Shown here: piece after piece, positions 7,724 to 15,896 of the stretch
Numbering within the stretch: position 1 is the first letter of the stretch
Layout of the letters: every line of letters starts with the position of its first letter
Origin: a virus
Lineage: Duplodnaviria > Caudoviricetes
Direction: 5' to 3' (one strand)
DNA: 26,371 nucleotides
Virus record (IMG/VR): IMGVR_UViG_3300032274_000038
Coordinates: 1 to 26,371 of that record
Notes under the pieces: model-generated
Told to the model about the DNA's origin: nothing
Databases searched by the model: none
What the model saw: the letters and a program-made list of their open reading frames with translations, nothing else
Made by a program: the position numbers and the translations under genes

Positions 7724-9493
7724 ATGCTTTTTATTGACTTGGAAACATACAAGATCGGCCGTAGGTTAACGCCTCGGATCGTTAGTATTACTTATGATCA
7801 AGGGCTGTTTAACGGGGTACAACACCCCGGACCCTTTAGTGACACAATAACGCGCGATCATTTCGAATCGTTTAAAGGGCTTATGATTGAACGTCTTTAT
7901 GATGGTGTTGTAGGTCATAACGTCGCCTATGATTTGGCGTGTCTGTGTAATGAATGGCCGGACCTGATCCCGCACGTTTTCGAAGCGTACAAGGCTGGCC
8001 GGGTTGTCGACACAATGATCACCGAAAAACTAAAAGCGATCGAAGATGGCGACATAGACCGGCGACGCTTTACACTTGCACACCTAGCCCGCAAGTATTT
8101 AGCCGTTGAAATGGAAGGCAAGAACGATCCGGACGCGTGGCGGCTACGGTATTCGGAACTAGACGGCGTATCTTTTGACAACTGGCCCAAGGAGGCCCAA
8201 GATTACGCCACGCTGGACGTACGGTATTTGTGGCTCATATGGGAAGCACAAGGCGCGCACAAGCGCGACACAAGCGGCCAACCTGCGGCGGCGTTTGCCC
8301 TGCACTTGATCAGTATTTACGGCATGAGGATAAACCGCGCGCGGGCCGATGTTTGGTTAGAAAACGTCGCCGAAGAGGCGCGAAAAGGTGCGGCTATGGC
8401 CCAAAAGCTGGGCATTTTACGCGCGAACGGTACGCGCAATGTGAAGCTATTACGCGAAATCGTCGCCGAAGCGTACAACGGCGCGCCCCCGTTTACCGAT
8501 AAAGGGGCCGTGAAGACCGACGGCGAAACGCTCAAAGGTAGCAAAAACCCCGCGCTTGTCGAGTATCAAAAAAGCCGCTTTGCCGATAAGCTAGCGACCA
8601 CCTACGCGCCTATTTTACGCGACGGCCAAACAGTACACCCACGCTACAACGTCCTTGTAAAGTCGGGCCGTACATCGTGCAGCAAACCCAACATGCAAAA
8701 CCCGCCCCGGGGCGGTGGTTTTCGTGAGGTGTTTGAACCCCGGCCCGGGTTTGTCTACGTTTTGTGCGACTACGATCAGATCGAGCTAGTAGCCTTGGGC
8801 CAAATACACTTGTGGATGTTTAAAACATCGGCTATTGCCGACGCGGTAAACGAAGGGCGCGATCTACATCTTGAAGTGGCCGCGAAGCTAAACCCAGACA
8901 ACCCCAAGGCGTACCGACAAGCGGCGAAGATCTGTAACTACGGTTATCCGGGCGGCCTTAGTTCACGCGTTTTTATCGAGTACGCCAAGGGCTTCGGGCT
9001 AGATTTTGACGAAGACGAAAGCCGCGAAATGAGAAAGGCGTGGCTAGACACATGGCCGGAAATGGCCAAATACTTCGACCATATCGGGCGCGCTACGGCG
9101 TGGGGGCCTACCGAAGTTCGCCAGTTCAAAAGCGGGCGTATACGTGGCGCGTGTAGTTTTACACAGTACGCCAATACATTATTTCAAGGGCTAACGGCCG
9201 ACGGTGCAAAAGCGGCGCTTTTTAAGGTGTCCCGGGCTTGTTACACGGACGAAAAAAGCCCCCTTTACGGTTCGCGCCCCGTTGCGTTTCTACATGATGA
9301 AATAATTTTAGAAAGCCCCGAGGATAAAGCGGCGGGCGCGGCTGCCGAATTACAAAAGCAAATGATCGAAGCCATGGGGGAATTCATCCCCGATGTTAAG
9401 GTGACGGCGGGCGCGTATTTGTCGCGCGTTTGGAGCAAAAACGCCGGGGAGGTATACGGCCCGGGCGGGGAGTTGGTACCTTGGGAACCTTAA
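7724..9493 (+). CDS. polA: Family A DNA polymerase with 3'-5' exonuclease and no 5'-3' exonuclease domain
   Basis: ExoI FIDLET, ExoII GHNVAYD, ExoIII YATLD, SGRTSC.KPNMQNPP, motif A DYDQIEL, motif B RQAAKICNYG and motif C FLHDE. Confidence 0.95.
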   Translation: MLFIDLETYKIGRRLTPRIVSITYDQGLFNGVQHPGPFSDTITRDHFESFKGLMIERLYDGVVGHNVAYDLACLCNEWPDLIPHVFEAYKAGRVVDTMITEKLKAIEDGDIDRRRFTLAHLARKYLAVEMEGKNDPDAWRLRYSELDGVSFDNWPKEAQDYATLDVRYLWLIWEAQGAHKRDTSGQPAAAFALHLISIYGMRINRARADVWLENVAEEARKGAAMAQKLGILRANGTRNVKLLREIVAEAYNGAPPFTDKGAVKTDGETLKGSKNPALVEYQKSRFADKLATTYAPILRDGQTVHPRYNVLVKSGRTSCSKPNMQNPPRGGGFREVFEPRPGFVYVLCDYDQIELVALGQIHLWMFKTSAIADAVNEGRDLHLEVAAKLNPDNPKAYRQAAKICNYGYPGGLSSRVFIEYAKGFGLDFDEDESREMRKAWLDTWPEMAKYFDHIGRATAWGPTEVRQFKSGRIRGACSFTQYANTLFQGLTADGAKAALFKVSRACYTDEKSPLYGSRPVAFLHDEIILESPEDKAAGAAAELQKQMIEAMGEFIPDVKVTAGAYLSRVWSKNAGEVYGPGGELVPWEP

Positions 9494-10026
9494 ACAAAGG
9501 CCCTATTTTATTAGATGCGTATTATACGCCCGAAGAGCTAGCCGGCTACCTTGTCGGCTTGTTACCGATCCAAGCTACTGATCTAGTTTTAGAACCTAGC
9601 GCCGGCGGTGGTGCGTTTGTGCGTGCACTACTCACGAAGACGGATCAAGTGGTCGCGATCGATATGAACCCCGACGCGCCCGGGCTTAAAATGGTCGGAT
9701 CTGCCGTGTGTGATTTCCTCGACATTTTACCGCCTAACCCGCCCGAATGGATCATAGGAAACCCGCCCTATTTTAACGCCCTCGACCATGTAGAACACGC
9801 GTTAAACTGCACGGATCGGCACGTTTGTTTTTTGCTGCGCCTTGGCTTTTTAGAGAGCAAGCGCCGCGCGGAGTTTTGGAAGCGTAACCCGTGCCGCAAA
9901 GTTTTTGTTTTGTCGCAGCGCCCGAGCTTCACAAACGGCGGCACCGATTCAAGCGCGTACGGGTTTTTTTGGTGGGATGTCTTACACAACGGCCCTACGG
10001 AATTAGAGATCATACAGTGGAAATAG
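9481..10026 (+). CDS. DNA amino-methyltransferase (N6-adenine type, NPPY)
   Basis: DAYYTP, SAM-binding VLEPSAGGG and catalytic IIGNPPY. The likely start is TTG 9481 after GGGGAG. Confidence 0.85.
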   Translation: MGTLNKGPILLDAYYTPEELAGYLVGLLPIQATDLVLEPSAGGGAFVRALLTKTDQVVAIDMNPDAPGLKMVGSAVCDFLDILPPNPPEWIIGNPPYFNALDHVEHALNCTDRHVCFLLRLGFLESKRRAEFWKRNPCRKVFVLSQRPSFTNGGTDSSAYGFFWWDVLHNGPTELEIIQWK

Positions 10027-10448
10027 ATTTAGCAAGCATTGATCCGGGCGTACACAAGAGCGCGATCGCGTTATGGTTTGGCGGTGCGTTGGTTTTTGCC
10101 GACGATTTGCCAAATGATACAGTATACCGCCTAGCCGAAAACCTAAAAAATGTGCGCGTCATTGTTGAAACGCCGGTTTTATACCCGACCAAACGCAAGC
10201 AACACAAAGACGTTCGGAACCTTTTAGCCGTCGCGGATAAGCTTAAAGCGTTAAGCGTGCGGCCTTTTGGCGTGTCGCCGTCGGCTTGGAAAGGCCAAGT
10301 ACCGAAGAAAATACACGGCAACCGGATTTTTTCAGAGTTACGCCGCGAAGAAATACTAGCGGTTGTGTGCATAGAAAATCACAACACGATCGACGCGGTC
10401 GGGCTAGGGCTTTGGTTCTTGGGGCGTTTGGGCCGTGGCGGGCGTTGA
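10017..10448 (+). CDS. RuvC-like Holliday junction resolvase
   Basis: RNase H-fold catalytic pattern SIDPG, VIVE.P, P..WKG and HN.IDAVGLG. The likely start is GTG 10017, overlapping the MTase end. Confidence 0.8.
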   Translation: MEIDLASIDPGVHKSAIALWFGGALVFADDLPNDTVYRLAENLKNVRVIVETPVLYPTKRKQHKDVRNLLAVADKLKALSVRPFGVSPSAWKGQVPKKIHGNRIFSELRREEILAVVCIENHNTIDAVGLGLWFLGRLGRGGR

Positions 10449-10838
10449 TGGCTGGAACATTATAAGATCGGCCGCTTGTATGCCGAACACCCCCATGATT
10501 ATAGCTAGGATGATCACGATCGTTTGTGGGTTTACTAGGCTTTGTGCCCATTTTTGGCGGTTAAGTTGTGCGTCTCGTTCGGCCTTTTCCCGCTCTTGTC
10601 GGTATTCGCGCGCGTCTTTTTCGCGCTCTTCGTCAATTTCGATCCGGCGCTGTAACAGATCTTTGATCTCTATTTGTGCGGTTTTGGTCGCTTCGTGCCT
10701 TTCGCTCGCTCGCTTTTCGCCCTGTTCTAAGTTCACGCCAATTTTCCCCACCTCGACTTTCAACGATCCCACGTCACTTTCTAAAGCTATGATCCGCTTT
10801 CTATCCTCTCGAAGTTTTTGATCTACTGAATCGCTCAT
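10404..10838 (-). CDS. Coiled-coil protein with one C-terminal TM helix (holin/XhlA-like candidate)
   Basis: A long charged heptad region is followed by TIVIILAIIMGVFGI. It is the last gene of the virion operon. Confidence 0.55.
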   Translation of the reverse strand: MSDSVDQKLREDRKRIIALESDVGSLKVEVGKIGVNLEQGEKRASERHEATKTAQIEIKDLLQRRIEIDEEREKDAREYRQEREKAERDAQLNRQKWAQSLVNPQTIVIILAIIMGVFGIQAADLIMFQPSTPATAQTPQEPKP

Positions 10839-10854
10839 ATCCGCCCCCGTTGCC

Positions 10855-12480
10855 CTATTCTACGCGTTTTTCGCGTGGCGGATCATCGATCAAGACCAAA
10901 AAGATCCGGGGCTTTCCGTTGGTCCACTGAATATCCCGCACGAAACACAAATAGCCCGATAGGTGGATCTCTTCATCCGTTAACAAAACAAGATCGCCAC
11001 GCCTTAAAAAGCCCATTCTGATCGGTACATCGTAAGGGATCACGCGATAAGGGAAAGCCGCCGCGCGGTGTTTCCACTGTAGAACGTTCGTGGCAGTTGC
11101 GTCTTCCCAGACTACAGCCGTATCAAACGACATGGCCCGGTTTCCGTAGCGATAGAATGAGGCGCGGCTATATTCGGTCGCAAATTGCCCCGCGTCGGCG
11201 GTAAATAAAACAGTATCAACGATCGAAGGGTCGCCAAGTACGCCGGCGTTTTTTTGTGGGTCGTTGCTTGCCGCGTCTAAAGCATAATCTAGCCGAATAT
11301 TATTGTATAGCCGTTGGCGCTCGTACTGCACAAAGTCGGCCCGGGCTACCCCGCCGCCGGCTTCTATCGTGCCCACTGCGTCGGATTTTTGCGCGTCTCT
11401 ACGCCATAGAACGCCCGCCATACCTTCACCCGTTGCGGTTACGGATATGGGTAACAGGGGAAAAAAATTGTCGCGTATGTACTCGAACGGGCTGCACGGT
11501 TCATCAACATACCCGGCGAAACGGTAGCCTAGATTTAGTTCGGGATAAATAGCCGCCCACGTGCCCGAATCTATGCGAAGTGTTGAGCGCCGCAAAAAGT
11601 ACGAGATCAGATCACCCGCGCCACTGCGTACACCGTCGCGCCGGTCGTTATACATGGCCCCGCCGTTGTCCCAAATTACGTAAACCTCATCCCCTAAATC
11701 CCAAAAGCCCGCGCCTATGGGTACGGTTACAGTGGTAGTTACAACCGTTCCGCGTGCGTCTTCTTCAGTGACTAGGCCGATCAAAAGCGACGCGGCGGGG
11801 TTTTTTGAAACGTTTATAAACGTGGCCGAAGTAGCGGCAACCTCATGACCCGCGACAAGAAAACGAACAGTAGCCGCGCCTATGTCCACATCTACGGCCA
11901 AGGCGGGCGACCCGGGCGCGGTGCCGCCTGTATATATACCCGGGGCACCGTATACGATCGGATAATACCGAAGCGCGGCGGCCTCGTCGGCGTTTGGCCA
12001 AGTCGTCGGCAACACTCGATCAAAGGGTGTATGAGTTAGCGCGGTATCTTCGAAGCCGTTGGCCTCAAGGCTAAATTTCACCGGCTCGCCTTTGGCCCCG
12101 TAGCTGGGATCGTTGACGTTGCCGTCAATCAATACGATCCGATCTTCGTAGGGTCGGCCCTCTACCCACAAAGATAGTTCACCCGTAGCGCGCCAAAGGT
12201 CGAAGCCCTTCGATATTAGCTCGGCGACATCATCGGAAAAATACAAGGAAAGCGGGATAGATAAAAGCGTAGGCGATTCATTGAACAGATCTAACGCGTC
12301 GGTAAATTGTGCTTGTAGACCACCCTCGTATTGTATCGGCTCGCCTCGTTCATCGATCAAAACACGGGGGCGTGTGCTGAAATAATACGGCCGGCCGGCA
12401 TAGTTGACCGTTAGCAAAAATTGAACAGACGTGAGATCGTCGATCAATTCGAGCCACCGTAACGGCCTTTTGTATGTCAT
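10855..12480 (-). CDS. Tail tip/baseplate hub-like protein
   Basis: It is the second gene after the tape measure, with a YPIVYG motif and a C-terminal L.RGD.V.L pattern typical of tail hub proteins. It has an ATGA overlap with the upstream gene. Confidence 0.6.
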   Translation of the reverse strand: MTYKRPLRWLELIDDLTSVQFLLTVNYAGRPYYFSTRPRVLIDERGEPIQYEGGLQAQFTDALDLFNESPTLLSIPLSLYFSDDVAELISKGFDLWRATGELSLWVEGRPYEDRIVLIDGNVNDPSYGAKGEPVKFSLEANGFEDTALTHTPFDRVLPTTWPNADEAAALRYYPIVYGAPGIYTGGTAPGSPALAVDVDIGAATVRFLVAGHEVAATSATFINVSKNPAASLLIGLVTEEDARGTVVTTTVTVPIGAGFWDLGDEVYVIWDNGGAMYNDRRDGVRSGAGDLISYFLRRSTLRIDSGTWAAIYPELNLGYRFAGYVDEPCSPFEYIRDNFFPLLPISVTATGEGMAGVLWRRDAQKSDAVGTIEAGGGVARADFVQYERQRLYNNIRLDYALDAASNDPQKNAGVLGDPSIVDTVLFTADAGQFATEYSRASFYRYGNRAMSFDTAVVWEDATATNVLQWKHRAAAFPYRVIPYDVPIRMGFLRRGDLVLLTDEEIHLSGYLCFVRDIQWTNGKPRIFLVLIDDPPREKRVE

Positions 12481-15400
12481 AGCTCGGCCTCTATTTCGAT
12501 AGTGTTAACCCTATACACTTCGTCTTTTTCTTCGGACCCTAGCACGGTTTCAAGTGTGATCGGTGACATTGTACGGCCGTAAATCGCGCCGCGTGCATAT
12601 TGTCTGGGGTCCAATTGTGGCGCACCTGCTTGGGAAAAATCTATTTTTGGCATGTAGACAACAGGTAACCCGGGGCCGTCGATACGGTCCAAAAGGCCCC
12701 ACATTAAAAACGGGCCGTCATGACGGTTAGCCGCTGGGGTGCCTGTCCCGGCCACTTTGACATAATCCGGCGAAGATGTTCCGCCCCACTCGCTACGTAA
12801 TTGGGTAACGTCTACACCTTCAGCCCATGAAAAGCGTACGCGTTGCCGAGGGTCTCCGGCTTTGTACGCGTGGCGTGTACCGTCTCGCAGCGTTGTGATC
12901 TCAACATTTGCGGTTTTCGTTAAGTTGCGCTCGCGGCTGTAGTCCCATCCAAATACGGCCACGCCGCCCGGGATAATATTACCAGCCTCGTAGTAGCCCT
13001 CCGGCGGTAGCGTGCCTGTATTGCATAGCTGAAGGCGTAGACCTTCAAAAGGCGTTTCGCTTTTCGGGACCATGACCGTTAACTTTTTGAACCATAAATG
13101 AGCCGTGCCGGTTGTCGGTGCGGTGGCTTGATCGTATGTGTCCGGATCAAGGAATAACGTAGCTGGCTTGGCTGCCGTGCCTTCGTAGGCCATGCCCTCG
13201 GAGTTCCGCAACACCTTTGCGATCGTAGGGTTTCCAATAAGGGGATCCGGGTTCATTTCAAAAGTCAGGCCCGCGAATTCATTATAGTACGCGTAGAAAC
13301 TACCGGCCGAGTCACCGGTAATGCGCACACTTTGACCGTTCCGGACAAACTCGAACTCCTTGTAGAAGCTAATATTTTGCACGTTTACCCACGCGCCGCC
13401 GATTTTGTATTGTAGCTGTGCACGTTTGAAATTGATATTTTCGAAGTGTATCGCATAAAAATCATTTGATGCCCACGCGTCGGCCGCGTCGGCGTTTCGT
13501 TGGAACGCAATAACCGCACCGGCGGGGGCTGTAGTGCTGCGCCACGGCTTCGAGGGCGACGGGCTAACACTTGTGATCATGTTTTCCGTCGCTTGTAGGT
13601 GTCGCACGTTTACGGCCCACGAATCGCCTTCAAAGGTCGGGCCGTCGATAGATGCCGCCCGTACGTTTGAATCAACGTAGATAGGGCGCGCCGAATAGGT
13701 GCGCGGGAACAGTTCGGCCGGGTTTTGTTGGCCTTGGGCAAGCTGCCGACCTGCTAAGGGATAAAAAGCCCCGGCGGTTTGTTTGCCCCAAGTTACATTA
13801 AATTCGTGCCAGTCTTGATCTCCGGGGGTCGCCGTTTCACGGTCGCCCCATTGAATAAACGTAGTGGATCCACCGTTAGCCGTGGAGATCGCGCCCTGAT
13901 AAATTAAATCCCATTCTCGATCCTCGTTGGTGCTCCAGTCTCGGATCCATATGGCACATTCTGCCCCTGTTGGGTTGTCGCCCGTCAGTAGCCCCCGAAT
14001 AGCCCAAAAAATTTGTTTTTTCTGGCCCGCTGCGTTGGGTCTAGTGCCTAGCGTTGCCGGGATCACTGCGTTTCGAATCTCGATCACGTTGTTTAACAGC
14101 AGGAATTGAAGATCGGTATAGGTGCCACCACCGGCGGCCGTCCATAACCTCACGTAATTTTGTTGAAATGATACGCCGTTAACCTCGAACGTGAACCGGC
14201 CGTATAGACCATCCGTCCACGCCACCGCGTCGGGGCCGCTGCCTTCGGGTATGTTTTTCTCATAGTACAACAAAGACCCCGGCGGCACCTGTAGAAATAA
14301 CTCGCCCGGGGCTTGTATTTGCTCCGTGATGCCTCCGCCAGACGTTACGCGGGTCCAAGTCCCGTCCGATGCCGGTAAAGCGTAGGGCACCCACGTAACG
14401 GGCAAACCCGCGCGCAATATATCCGATCGGAACAGTTCCAAGCCGGGTAGTGTTACCGAAGAAAAGCCGCCCAAGTAGAAAAAACAGAGGCTATCCGACC
14501 CCGTCGGCGTGGGGCCTGTTAGGTTTTGGAAGCTATGCACCACCACCGCGCGGCCCCTGTTGAACTCTACAGTGTAGCCGGTCGGCTGGATCGAAGGGAA
14601 GTTAGAGCCGGACGGGCACGCACCCCACCACCGGCCGAACTCGGCAAGACCTGTCCCACCTTGACCGACACCGACCCACCCCGAGCCGGAACCCGGGCCA
14701 CCTACGAGCGCGCCGCCTTCGAGGTTTCGAAGCACGACACACAAACCAGAATTGATCGGATCTTTGGTTAAGTACAAATAGGCCACGCCGTCGGCATCGG
14801 TCGCGATCGATAGCTCGCCGCGTGTGTAGTTCGTGCCGTCGTCGTTAGCCCATTCCGTACCCGTTGCGGCGGTGATTGCGTTGTTTGTCGGGTTTAGCTC
14901 TTCGAAGGCGGATCCGAGACGCTGCGCGGTGGGTACGTTGTTTGGCGATTGCCTACGGATCCAAGCCACTAAAAAAACGCCGTCTACTACCGTAATATCA
15001 GGAAAGCCGCCCGCGTTGTTTATCCCTGTGCCGCTAAACTCTTTAACAAGAATAAACGTGGTCCCTAAATCGTCGCTAGCATACTGGATCAGTATGTCCT
15101 GATGCGAGGCCGTTGAGTTTTTCGCGTGCACCACTAAAAGGATCTGGCCGTCTTTGTAGGCCGCCCGGATACGTTGTATCGAGTATGTAGAAGCCAAAAG
15201 CGGCGCGGGTAGTGTGTAACTTGCGCCGGTTGTCCACGTTGTTCCCTCGTCGTCGCTGTAAATCATACGGATCTGAATCGTGGGCGCGAAAACTTCCTGA
15301 TCATACACCGCATAAAACAACATCAAGCGGCCGGTGGGTAGAACCAAGATCGTGGGGTGTACCTTTTCGGCCCCGAAAACGGCTTGTGTTGTGATGCCAA

Positions 15401-15896
15401 TAAAGCCAACGCCCAAAGGTGCCCAAGTATCGCCGGTGCGTTTTTGTATGCCTACTAGGTTGTTTCCTAATGATACACTTTCAAAAACCGCGATCATGTA
15501 GTCGGTGCCGTCGGTGCGTGTGACGTTTACAAGGTCCGGGTTTTTGTTGTCCGTGTCTGTGTCGCTGTAGAGTACATTTTCCCACGTCGCGATCGAGTGG
15601 GGCACGTCCCACCCTCGATAGTTTTGAGCCGCGCCGCCTGTTTGTTTCCATGCAAAGCCGGCGTTTCCCGGGCCGGGGTAGCCACCTTTTATAGTTTGGA
15701 TCTCTAGGCTTTTACCGCTGCCTGTGTCTATTTGGTGCCCGCTCGCCTCGATAACGGCTTCGGTTTTGGACGTAGTCGCGGGCACACCCGCGCGTGGTCC
15801 GGCTTCGGTTACGGTGGTTTCCGCATCCCATAAACGGGTAAGATCACCGTCTGGAATCAAAAGGCCCCGGTATAGATTACGTGATAGATCTGACAT
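12477..15896 (-). CDS. Large tail protein (1139 aa) with Asp-box/BNR beta-propeller region
   Basis: It directly follows the tape measure (TAATG overlap), has Asp-boxes YSDDEGTTW and ASDDLGTTF, and has a G/T/S/W-rich beta composition. Confidence 0.7.
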   Translation of the reverse strand: MSDLSRNLYRGLLIPDGDLTRLWDAETTVTEAGPRAGVPATTSKTEAVIEASGHQIDTGSGKSLEIQTIKGGYPGPGNAGFAWKQTGGAAQNYRGWDVPHSIATWENVLYSDTDTDNKNPDLVNVTRTDGTDYMIAVFESVSLGNNLVGIQKRTGDTWAPLGVGFIGITTQAVFGAEKVHPTILVLPTGRLMLFYAVYDQEVFAPTIQIRMIYSDDEGTTWTTGASYTLPAPLLASTYSIQRIRAAYKDGQILLVVHAKNSTASHQDILIQYASDDLGTTFILVKEFSGTGINNAGGFPDITVVDGVFLVAWIRRQSPNNVPTAQRLGSAFEELNPTNNAITAATGTEWANDDGTNYTRGELSIATDADGVAYLYLTKDPINSGLCVVLRNLEGGALVGGPGSGSGWVGVGQGGTGLAEFGRWWGACPSGSNFPSIQPTGYTVEFNRGRAVVVHSFQNLTGPTPTGSDSLCFFYLGGFSSVTLPGLELFRSDILRAGLPVTWVPYALPASDGTWTRVTSGGGITEQIQAPGELFLQVPPGSLLYYEKNIPEGSGPDAVAWTDGLYGRFTFEVNGVSFQQNYVRLWTAAGGGTYTDLQFLLLNNVIEIRNAVIPATLGTRPNAAGQKKQIFWAIRGLLTGDNPTGAECAIWIRDWSTNEDREWDLIYQGAISTANGGSTTFIQWGDRETATPGDQDWHEFNVTWGKQTAGAFYPLAGRQLAQGQQNPAELFPRTYSARPIYVDSNVRAASIDGPTFEGDSWAVNVRHLQATENMITSVSPSPSKPWRSTTAPAGAVIAFQRNADAADAWASNDFYAIHFENINFKRAQLQYKIGGAWVNVQNISFYKEFEFVRNGQSVRITGDSAGSFYAYYNEFAGLTFEMNPDPLIGNPTIAKVLRNSEGMAYEGTAAKPATLFLDPDTYDQATAPTTGTAHLWFKKLTVMVPKSETPFEGLRLQLCNTGTLPPEGYYEAGNIIPGGVAVFGWDYSRERNLTKTANVEITTLRDGTRHAYKAGDPRQRVRFSWAEGVDVTQLRSEWGGTSSPDYVKVAGTGTPAANRHDGPFLMWGLLDRIDGPGLPVVYMPKIDFSQAGAPQLDPRQYARGAIYGRTMSPITLETVLGSEEKDEVYRVNTIEIEAEL

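Noticed and set aside
9481-10448. Restriction-modification pair (MTase plus adjacent nuclease)
   Set aside because: The nuclease has RuvC/RNase H-fold resolvase motifs, typical of phage replication modules, not a restriction endonuclease signature.
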